Shown here: positions 42,638-50,970 of the stretch, piece by piece
Layout: each line of letters starts with the position of its first letter
Position numbering within the stretch: the first letter of the stretch is position 1
Assembly (NCBI GenBank): GCA_039189765.1
Contig: JBCCYL010000007.1
Location: 92,553-156,552, forward strand
Direction: 5' to 3'
DNA from: Cyanobacteria bacterium P01_F01_bin.150
GTDB taxonomy: Bacteria > Cyanobacteriota > Cyanobacteriia > CAKZMO01
DNA length: 64,000 bases
Position numbers and translations under genes: made by a program
The notes under the pieces: generated by a model
Told to the model about the DNA's origin: nothing
Databases searched by the model: none
What the model saw: the letters and a program-made list of their open reading frames with translations, nothing else

Positions 42638-44479
42638 ATGCCTAAATTTCGCCAAACCTGGGATAACAGCAATTTTTTCAGCGGTAGCGACGATCCTCGT
42701 ATCGCTGAAGTGGTATCTGAACTAAAGCAGGACATTGCAGATTTGGGCGATCGCTGTGCTCCTTTTGCAACTTTGATTGAGCACCCAGAATCCATTGACG
42801 ATACTAATCTAAGCGACATCGTAGGGGATATTCGCACCATTCATCAACAGCGTATTCGTTTAATCGAACAGCTAGGCAATCTCCGGGTGTTTATGTCTTC
42901 TGTCCTCAGCGTTGATTCCCAAGATGCTGACGCCAGCAAGTGGTTGCCGACTCTCCAGCAAATTGCCGCTGAAAAATCCCAGGCTCAAAAGCCCTTAGAT
43001 GTATTTTTACTGCGAGCAGATAAATCCGTCATTGAAGCGATTTTGGCCGATCCGGCCTTGGCTGAGCTGTCTTTTTCCATCAATTATGAGCGGCGGCTAA
43101 GCGATCAGCTACTGAGCGTGCAAGAGGAAAAAATGGTTGCCGGATTATCCGTCACCGGGCTGCATAGTTGGGGCAACCTCTATGATGAGCTGGCTGGTAC
43201 CCTCAAGTGTGAGGTTGAAGGTGAATCCATTGGTCTAGCCAAGGCCGCAAATCTCCTCAGTGAATCTCAGCGAGAGAAGCGCGAGGCGGCTTGGAGAGGC
43301 GTTCAAGCTGCATGGAGTAGCCGCCAGGAAACCGCTGCCACTTTATTGAATTCAATCAACGGCTGGCGTTTAGAAGAGACCAAGCAGCGGGCAAAGGTCA
43401 GAGAACTGCATTATTTGGACAAAAGTTGCCACCAAAACTCCATTGAACGATCCACTTTGGATACTTTGATGGAGACGACCTACGAGCATCGTTCCATTGG
43501 TCAGCGGGCGATTAAAGCGATGGGACAGCTTCTTCACGTTAATCAGATGGCTCCTTGGGATTTGATGGCACCAGCACCGATTGTGGGGCAGGGCGATCGC
43601 ATCAGCTTTGACGAAGCAATTGAGTTGATTGCGGATGCCTTCTCTAAGCTCACCCCAGCGATGGGTGATTTTACCAGGATGATGGCTGAAAAAGGCTGGA
43701 TTGATGGTGAGCCGACTCCCAGCCGTCGTACTGGAGCCTACTGTACGTCCTTCCAGCAGCCGAGGGAACCCCGGATTTTTATAACCTTTGAAGGGACCAT
43801 GACAAATGTTATGACCCTAGCCCATGAGCTGGGTCACGCTTGGCATAACTGGGTCATGCGCGATCTTTCCCTGATGGAATCCTATTACCCCATGACCTTG
43901 GCTGAAACTGCCAGCATCTTTGCCGAAACGCTGGTGCGAGATGCTCTGCTGGCAAAGGTTACTAACCCGATTCAACAGCTAGAAATTACTTGGCAGGATG
44001 CCCAAAGCGCATCCAGCTTTATCGTTAATATTCCCGCCCGCTTTGAGTTTGAGCGCAAGCTCGTAGAAGCTCGCAAGCAAGGGTTTGTGATTGCTGACGA
44101 TTTGAAGAAGCTAATGGCAGAAAGCTGGCAAATTTGGTACGAAGATAGCCTATCTGAGTACGATCAAATGTTTTGGGCCAGCAAGCTCCATTTCTCCATC
44201 TCCCAGATTGGGTTCTACAACTATCCTTACCTGTTTGGTTATCTCTTTAGCCTTGGCATTTATGCCCAGCAGGAAACCTATGGCGATCGCTTTAACCAGC
44301 TCTACACTGATATCCTACGAGATACGGGCCGCATGACAGCGGAAGACCTGGTTAAGCATCATCTCCAGCAGGATATTAGTAATCCTGAATTTTGGCAGGC
44401 CAGTCTAAATATTGTGGATGAGTCCATTAAGCAATTTGAGCAGTTAGCCAACGAAATGACCATGAAGCAAGTAGCCTAG
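42638..44479 (+). CDS. M3 family oligoendopeptidase (PepF-like)
   Basis: GAYC, AHELGHAWH, AETAS and FYNYPYLFG. ATG 42638 follows AGAGGA. Confidence 0.93.
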   Translation: MPKFRQTWDNSNFFSGSDDPRIAEVVSELKQDIADLGDRCAPFATLIEHPESIDDTNLSDIVGDIRTIHQQRIRLIEQLGNLRVFMSSVLSVDSQDADASKWLPTLQQIAAEKSQAQKPLDVFLLRADKSVIEAILADPALAELSFSINYERRLSDQLLSVQEEKMVAGLSVTGLHSWGNLYDELAGTLKCEVEGESIGLAKAANLLSESQREKREAAWRGVQAAWSSRQETAATLLNSINGWRLEETKQRAKVRELHYLDKSCHQNSIERSTLDTLMETTYEHRSIGQRAIKAMGQLLHVNQMAPWDLMAPAPIVGQGDRISFDEAIELIADAFSKLTPAMGDFTRMMAEKGWIDGEPTPSRRTGAYCTSFQQPREPRIFITFEGTMTNVMTLAHELGHAWHNWVMRDLSLMESYYPMTLAETASIFAETLVRDALLAKVTNPIQQLEITWQDAQSASSFIVNIPARFEFERKLVEARKQGFVIADDLKKLMAESWQIWYEDSLSEYDQMFWASKLHFSISQIGFYNYPYLFGYLFSLGIYAQQETYGDRFNQLYTDILRDTGRMTAEDLVKHHLQQDISNPEFWQASLNIVDESIKQFEQLANEMTMKQVA

Positions 44480-44504
44480 CATCAAACCTCTCAAGGAAAG
44501 ATTA

Positions 44505-44963
44505 ATGGCGATTACCTGTCAAACGGTTCAAGACTACCTCCATACCCATATTCCTCTTGCCAAAGCGATGGCGGTTTCCGTAGAGTCCCTGCAAGGTGGA
44601 GTCATCTTAACCGCACCGCTGGAACCCAATCTGAATCACCGTGGTACAGCTTTTGGCGGAAGTATCTCGACCTTGGCTATTTTATCGGCTTGGGCCTTCG
44701 TACATGTTCGCCTACAGGAACAGGCGATTCCCCATCGCCTGGTGATTCGACGCAATAGTGTGGAATATCTCAAGCCGATTGACGGTGTCTTATCCGTTCA
44801 TTGCCAGGCTCCTCCCCAAAATAAATGGGGGCAATTTATAAACACTCTTATGCGCAAGGGAAAAGGTCGTATTAACCTTGAGGCAAATATTCTGTGTGGC
44901 CAGATTTTAGCTGGATTATTTAAGGGAGAATACGTTGCCTTAAAGCCTAACATTCACTCATAG
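44505..44963 (+). CDS. Thioesterase domain protein (YiiD C-terminal-like, hot-dog fold)
   Basis: HIPLAKAM, APLEPNLNHRGTAFGGS and YLKPI. Confidence 0.88.
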   Translation: MAITCQTVQDYLHTHIPLAKAMAVSVESLQGGVILTAPLEPNLNHRGTAFGGSISTLAILSAWAFVHVRLQEQAIPHRLVIRRNSVEYLKPIDGVLSVHCQAPPQNKWGQFINTLMRKGKGRINLEANILCGQILAGLFKGEYVALKPNIHS

Positions 44964-44968
44964 GAGAA

Positions 44969-47497
44969 CTAAGGTGTCCCTGTATTGAAATGCAACTTTT
45001 TCTGTTGAAGCTGTTGTTGAATAAACACCGTTGCCTGTTTAATCGTCAAAGGCTTGGCAAAGAAATATCCTTGGCCTAGATCACACCCAAATTCCTCTAG
45101 CTTGAGGCGTTGAATATTTTCTTCAATTCCTTCGGCAATCACATTCATATTCAGATTATGGGCTAAAGTAATCATGGTCCGAATAATCGGCTCAATACTT
45201 TTGTCCATTTCCAGCTTCCGAACGAAGGATTGATCAATTTTAAGGGTGTGAACGGGGAATTGGTGAAGATAGCTTAGAGACGAATACCCCATGCCAAAAT
45301 CGTCAATGGCTAGTTGAATCTGTCGTGCTTTTATCTCCGTCAGCAACATTTGGGCCGTATAGGGGCTATCAAGTAGTGCTGTTTCGGTAATTTCTAACTT
45401 GAGATTGTGGGGGGAAATGCCTGTTTTTACCAAAATCTCGTCAAGCCGATCGAGTAATTCCCGCTGGGCAAACTGTCTCGCGGATAGGTTTACTCCCATT
45501 CTGAAGGGTAAAGTAACGGCTTGATCTGAATGCTGTGATAATTGGTTTTGCCACTGTATCATTTGTTGGCATGCTTGTTGGAGAACCCACAGATCCATTG
45601 CGATAATTAACCCGGTTTCTTCTGCAATAGGAACAAACTGTGCTGGAGAAATAGAGCCTTTTTGGTGATGGTGCCATCGTACTAACGCCTCAAAGCCTGC
45701 GAGCTGACCGCTCTTTAGGTCGATAATTGGTTGGTAGTTTAAATAAAGCTGGTTCCGGGCGATCGCCTGCTGTAAATCTGTCTCTAGCTGCATTTGCTCA
45801 ATTGTGCGCTGACGCATTAGCCCATCAAAGAGCTGATAGCCGATCTGTGGAGAGGCTTTGGCTTCATACATAGCAATATCTGCATCCCTTAATAGCTGAG
45901 TCGGATCGTCGTAATTGCGATCGCTTACAGAGATGCCAATACTCACGTTAAAAAACAGACGTTGTTGGTCTAGTTGAAATGGATACACCAAGCTATCAAT
46001 TAAAAGCTGAGCAATATCTTTTGCTTGATGGGTCGTAGCTAAAGACTCAATCAATACGGTAAATTCATCGCCCCCTAGACGAGCAATATGACAGTTGCCA
46101 GGTAATGTGACGCGTAGTCGTTCGGCCACTGCAACCAATAGGCGATCGCCCACAGTGTGCCCCAAGGAGTCGTTGATTAGCTTAAAGCGATCGCCATCTA
46201 AGAACAACAGTGCAAACTTATACTCGGGGTCTTTTTGACTACGGTCCAATTCTTGAGACAAACGTTCCATCAACCACATTCGATTAGGCAAACCCGTTAA
46301 TGGATCATGCAGTGCCATATGTAGAAGTTTTTCTTGAGCTTGTTGCCGCTCTTTCACTTCTAGCTCGAGCTGTGCCGTTCGCTCCAAGACTCGCTCCTCT
46401 AGCTCCCTATTCAGCCGCTCAACTGCTTGTTTCGCATCCTGTAACTGGAGATGAACATTAGCAAAGTTGGTCAATTCATCTTCAGAATGGGACGGGAACT
46501 GCTTGAGCAGATCATGAATTTGAGCAGAAGCGGTAATCGGTGCCAAAGACTTATTATTCAAGGAATCCCTTACTAATGCTTGCAGTGCGGTCAGGGGAAG
46601 AATTAAGCGCAACCGAGTAAATTGCATAATGTCATAGAGCAAAAATAGCATAAGCACAAGCACAAACATAAGGCCCAATACCATGCCTACCATCGGCTTG
46701 AATACTTGGCTTAATGGTTTCTCAACAACAACCATCCATGGAACGCTACGTAGGGGTTGGACAGACTTAAGAACCCACGCATGATCGAGAGAGCGTGAAA
46801 TAGTAAATATTTTTTGGAAATAGCCAAAATATCGAGGAGGTGATTCTAGAGATTGCTGTGGACCGATAAATTGGCGATTAGGATATGTGATATTCGCACC
46901 ATTCTTATCACGGATATAAACATAACCATTTGCTGGCACTTTTATATCAATGGCCTGTAACCATAAATCTGTCAATTCAACTTCAGCAATTAATATTTTT
47001 TCAGATAGCCCTAGTTCATTAGAAATAGGAACCCCGATATGGACATATGACTGTCCCGCTTCATATACAACATCTTCAACAAGAAATTCTTGATTATTGA
47101 ATGATTCTAGTTGTGATATTGAATCCATAGAATAATCATTCCGCCTTCGGACAAATGCCATTTCAGATGCAATGATATTTCCCTCGTAATCTACTAGTTG
47201 AACTCCAGAAATATAGGGATGCTTAGAAAGAAGGGACAGTAAAAATAAGCGCGTTTTATCCTGATTCTGGATAATATGGCGTCCTGCCAGAAAACTGCTT
47301 TGTAAATCGGTAAAAAATAATTCCAGCCGTTCAACTGCCAGCTCATTTGTTTGTTCCAACGTACTGTGCACGTGCCGTAAGGAACTCGCTAAACTAATAA
47401 TGACAATCCCAATAATCCCAGATACTGTAACTACACGTAGAACCAGTACCTTGAGATTGAGAATTTGGCTTAATGACCCTTTTTTTTCTGACTTCAA
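44969..47497 (-). CDS. Membrane sensor diguanylate cyclase/phosphodiesterase (Cache-like + GGDEF + EAL)
   Basis: Two TM segments, HDPLTGLPNR, GGDEF, EALVRW, EITE and DDFGMGYSS. Confidence 0.95.
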   Translation of the reverse strand: MKSEKKGSLSQILNLKVLVLRVVTVSGIIGIVIISLASSLRHVHSTLEQTNELAVERLELFFTDLQSSFLAGRHIIQNQDKTRLFLLSLLSKHPYISGVQLVDYEGNIIASEMAFVRRRNDYSMDSISQLESFNNQEFLVEDVVYEAGQSYVHIGVPISNELGLSEKILIAEVELTDLWLQAIDIKVPANGYVYIRDKNGANITYPNRQFIGPQQSLESPPRYFGYFQKIFTISRSLDHAWVLKSVQPLRSVPWMVVVEKPLSQVFKPMVGMVLGLMFVLVLMLFLLYDIMQFTRLRLILPLTALQALVRDSLNNKSLAPITASAQIHDLLKQFPSHSEDELTNFANVHLQLQDAKQAVERLNRELEERVLERTAQLELEVKERQQAQEKLLHMALHDPLTGLPNRMWLMERLSQELDRSQKDPEYKFALLFLDGDRFKLINDSLGHTVGDRLLVAVAERLRVTLPGNCHIARLGGDEFTVLIESLATTHQAKDIAQLLIDSLVYPFQLDQQRLFFNVSIGISVSDRNYDDPTQLLRDADIAMYEAKASPQIGYQLFDGLMRQRTIEQMQLETDLQQAIARNQLYLNYQPIIDLKSGQLAGFEALVRWHHHQKGSISPAQFVPIAEETGLIIAMDLWVLQQACQQMIQWQNQLSQHSDQAVTLPFRMGVNLSARQFAQRELLDRLDEILVKTGISPHNLKLEITETALLDSPYTAQMLLTEIKARQIQLAIDDFGMGYSSLSYLHQFPVHTLKIDQSFVRKLEMDKSIEPIIRTMITLAHNLNMNVIAEGIEENIQRLKLEEFGCDLGQGYFFAKPLTIKQATVFIQQQLQQKKLHFNTGTP

Positions 47498-47620
47498 TAT
47501 TTTTTATAAATATAGATAAAGACAAACATTTATGAATACGCTTATGGAAGTCAACGATTAGTCAGGTCGTGTGAATGCAACGCATTTTTACGGCTGGCTA
47601 CTCTAATCCAAATTATTATG

Positions 47621-47700
47621 GGTTATCAACTTTAGGCGAGTAGTGGGGATGCGTCGCGCCCCCACTACCGTTAATTTTGTTTCGCCTTAAAACGAAACCC
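47621..47700 (+). mobile_element. ~80-bp MITE-like repeat, copy F
   Basis: Near-identical to 29842-29921. Flanks TTATTATG / TTATGATG. Confidence 0.75.
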
Positions 47701-47920
47701 TTATGATGGAACTTGATTTGTATTGGAGACAAACGAACTGAAGATCTCAAAAATCTTCCTGAATCTCCAGGTAGATACATGCTTGAGCTAGAATTCAGGC
47801 GTGGAGGCGTTTATCGGCATTCTAGGGGACAAGGTACTCCTAAATGGTGCCTTAAGCAAGCCTAGAAATGTGGCTTATAGAAATAATACCCATCTCTCTG
47901 TTTTTTGTTTTAAGGTGCTC

Positions 47921-48037
47921 TGTATTTTTCTGAAGGCTGCTGTATGTATATTGCTGAAGGTTACTACATGTATGTTGCTAAAGGTTAACTCATGTAATAT
48001 GGCTAAGAGCTATTGAATGTATATTGCTGAGAGTTCT
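47921..48037 (+). repeat. Degenerate 24-bp tandem repeat (5 units)
   Basis: TGTATATTGCTGAAGGTTA-like units starting at 47921, 47945, 47969, 47993 and 48018. Confidence 0.7.
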
Positions 48038-48153
48038 GGAGTTAGGTTAGAGTGCATTCTTGTCAGTCATTGCCCCATATTCCCCTGGACAGGGAGCACC
48101 TGATAGGATTTCTGGAGATAGCGATGAGCTATCTCCATTACTCTTTATCAAAG

Positions 48154-48233
48154 GGGTACTAACTTTAGGCGGGTGGTGTGGGTGCGAAGCCCCCATACCA
48201 CCGTTGAATAGGTTCCGCATTAAAATGGAGCCT
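48154..48233 (+). mobile_element. ~80-bp MITE-like repeat, copy G
   Basis: GGGTACTAACTTTAGGCGGGTGGTGTGGG..CCCCATACCACCG..GGTTCCGCATTAAAATGGAGCC. Flanks TTTATCAAAG / TTTACAAAG. Confidence 0.65.
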
Positions 48234-48282
48234 TTACAAAGCTCATTTCTATTAACGTCACTTAGTACCACTGATTTATCCT

Positions 48283-48975
48283 GTGCCTAACAACTTTAAC
48301 GACCCATCTTCCGAGAATGATAAGAATGCAATACCGGAATCTGAGCATTCTCCGGAGCTGTCTTCGTCTGCTGGCGCTCAATCCGGACAGACCGACGATG
48401 TCGAAAACTTTTGGCAAGAGCTTTTATATATCGTGGTCATGTCTGTGGTGCTTGCAGTGGGGATTCGTTGGTTAGTGGCGGAAGCGCGCTATATTCCGTC
48501 CGAATCCATGTTGCCGACTCTGAAAGTAAACGATCGCTTGATTGTTGAAAAGATGAGCTATCGTTTTCGCGATCCTAAGCGAGGCGATATTGTAGTATTT
48601 AAGCCCACCGATGGTATTAAGGAACGGCAGCCTGACTTAAAAGACGCCCTGATCAAACGCATTGTTGGTGTTCCCGGTGATACGATTGAGCTGGTTGAGG
48701 GAGTGATATATATAAATGAGCAGAAAATGCTTGAAAACTATACCTTTGAAGCGATCATTCCTCCCGACGATCCTCATTATCAATGGGGACCAGAAGTTAT
48801 TCCAGAGGACTCATACTTAGTACTGGGTGATAATCGATTAAACAGTTACGATGGCGTTTTCTGGGGTTTACTGCCGGAAGATAAAATTATTGGCAGAGCT
48901 GCTGTTCGTATCTGGCCCTTGGGTCGTATGGGTAGTATTGATTCTGAAGATCCAATTTTTGAATTTCAACCATAG
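48283..48975 (+). CDS. lepB: Signal peptidase I
   Basis: IPSESMLPTL, RGDIVVF, IKRIVG and GDNRLNSYD. Confidence 0.96.
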   Translation: MPNNFNDPSSENDKNAIPESEHSPELSSSAGAQSGQTDDVENFWQELLYIVVMSVVLAVGIRWLVAEARYIPSESMLPTLKVNDRLIVEKMSYRFRDPKRGDIVVFKPTDGIKERQPDLKDALIKRIVGVPGDTIELVEGVIYINEQKMLENYTFEAIIPPDDPHYQWGPEVIPEDSYLVLGDNRLNSYDGVFWGLLPEDKIIGRAAVRIWPLGRMGSIDSEDPIFEFQP

Positions 48976-48980
48976 TATGA

Positions 48981-50501
48981 ATGGCAAGGATGAGACAATT
49001 GAGAACCTTACGCACAATCACAACATCAACGCTTGTAGGGTCTCTTCTGTGGGGGATCGGTCTCTGCCCTATTGGCGTTCAGAAAAATGCCCCTATTGGC
49101 TGGTTGGGTTCTTATGCTTGGGCCTACATTCCTGGAGAATCCCAACAGCAGCAGCAATCAGAAGCCCGGGCATTACTGCTGCAAGGAGCTGAGCAATTTG
49201 AACAAAAAGAATTTACCCAAGCCATTCAATCGTGGGAAGCCGCTCGATTGCTCTATCAACGACTGGGAGATGCGGATGGAGAACTGAGTACCCTGGTGAA
49301 CTTGGGCTTAGTCACAGGGGTTATCGGCCAATATGAACAGGCTCAGGTTCAATTCAAGGCAGCTTTAGCCTTGGCTCAAACTCAAGGCAATCCCCTTGTA
49401 GAGGCTCAAACCTTAAGTCAGCTCGGTACAGTGTATGGTCAATTGGGGCAGCATGGAGATGCGATCGCCTCAATTCGCCAGTCACTGCTGTTGCGTGCCC
49501 AACATGGAGGACCACCGTTGGACTCATCCACCCTAATGGATTTGGGAAATGCCTACCAGGGGCAGGGCGAATACCCCAATGCCCTAGCGGCTTATCAACA
49601 GGCTCAAAAGGCCGCAGCTATAGAGCAAAATACGGTTCAAGAGCTATCCGCCTGGATTCAGGTGGGCAATAGCTACGAAATTTTAGGCAACTATGGTGCA
49701 GCCCTCACTGTCTATGAAACAGCCTTGGCCATTGCTCAAGAGACTCGCAATCCTCAAGCAGAGGGGACTGCTTTGGGGAGTTTGGGCAATGTATTTACTC
49801 TTTTGGGTCAATCCGATGCAGCTTTGGAAGCCTATGGACAGGCTTTGTCCTTACAACAATCCATTGGAGATCGCCCCAGCGCATTAATTACCCAAATTAA
49901 TTTGGGGCGTCTTTACTATGAAACTCAAGATACGAATCAGGCCTTGCTTCAGCTAAACACGGCTCTGAATGTCTCACGGGAATTGGGCGATCGCCTTAGT
50001 GAAGCTAATGCCTTAAATTTACTAGGGCAAATCTTCCGAACCCAAGGGAGTGAAACTGCTGCTGTAGATTTGTTTCAGCAGGCTTTAGCTCTTTACCAGG
50101 ATAGAATTGACTATCGGGGAGAAGTCAGTGCCCTGGCAAATTTAGGCCAGACGGCCGAAGCTTTTGGCAACCCCGTAGCGGCTCTACAGTGGTTTCAGCA
50201 AGCTTTACCCCTGGCTCAATCCATTGGCGATCGCGCGATCACGGCCAAGCTGCTCAGAGCAATGGGTGAAGTTGAGCGTAACCAGGGCAATGTGGATGGG
50301 GCCATTGCCTACTATGAACAGGTTATTGACCTGGGGGATGCAATGGCAAGGCGAGTTGATTCCCTATCGCCAGACCAACAGTCTATATTTTTAGAAACTT
50401 TCTCCGCTGACTACCATATCCTTGCCGAACTTCTTGAAGAAAGCGATCGCCCCGAAGCGGCAGCGGCCATTTTGGAGCGATTGCAGCGAAAAATACAATA
50501 A
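48981..50501 (+). CDS. Tetratricopeptide repeat protein with N-terminal hydrophobic/signal segment
   Basis: About 10 TPR units (LGNAYQGQGEY..ALAAY etc.). Confidence 0.9.
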   Translation: MARMRQLRTLRTITTSTLVGSLLWGIGLCPIGVQKNAPIGWLGSYAWAYIPGESQQQQQSEARALLLQGAEQFEQKEFTQAIQSWEAARLLYQRLGDADGELSTLVNLGLVTGVIGQYEQAQVQFKAALALAQTQGNPLVEAQTLSQLGTVYGQLGQHGDAIASIRQSLLLRAQHGGPPLDSSTLMDLGNAYQGQGEYPNALAAYQQAQKAAAIEQNTVQELSAWIQVGNSYEILGNYGAALTVYETALAIAQETRNPQAEGTALGSLGNVFTLLGQSDAALEAYGQALSLQQSIGDRPSALITQINLGRLYYETQDTNQALLQLNTALNVSRELGDRLSEANALNLLGQIFRTQGSETAAVDLFQQALALYQDRIDYRGEVSALANLGQTAEAFGNPVAALQWFQQALPLAQSIGDRAITAKLLRAMGEVERNQGNVDGAIAYYEQVIDLGDAMARRVDSLSPDQQSIFLETFSADYHILAELLEESDRPEAAAAILERLQRKIQ

Positions 50502-50970
50502 ACCAGCCACATTATTTTAGAGATTTTCCTAAAAATTTTGATATTTTCCTAAAAAATCTCTTAGTATCTTCCATTAAGCATTAGCCTTCGGCTAGGACTA
50601 GCACCAAAATGATGATAGGAATTAACGACCAGTGGAACCAGGATTTTGGCTTGGCTGGTGGTCTGTAGTCAGGATTAGGCTGGTAAGTATGCTTTACTTC
50701 AGTTGCCGTAATAATAAACTGCTTGTCTTTGTCGCTAGGATCAAATTTCATGAGTCGGGTGCTCCTGATATTATTTATGAGGACCTACATCCTCACCGAA
50801 TGCATTCCTGGGTTGGGTAGACACTTTTACAAGCGTCCTTCCAGAAAGAAAAAACGGTGGCTTCTAAAAATCTTGACGATTGTGAGTAGTGTTGCTGCTC
50901 ACAATGCGATAGATTAAAAAAGTAGAGATGTGATCACGTATTAACGATAAATCAGGATTCAATTATCCTC

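Noticed and set aside
50632..50917. Two short ORFs between the TPR gene and priA
   Set aside because: No recognisable motifs. They cannot be supported as genes from sequence alone.
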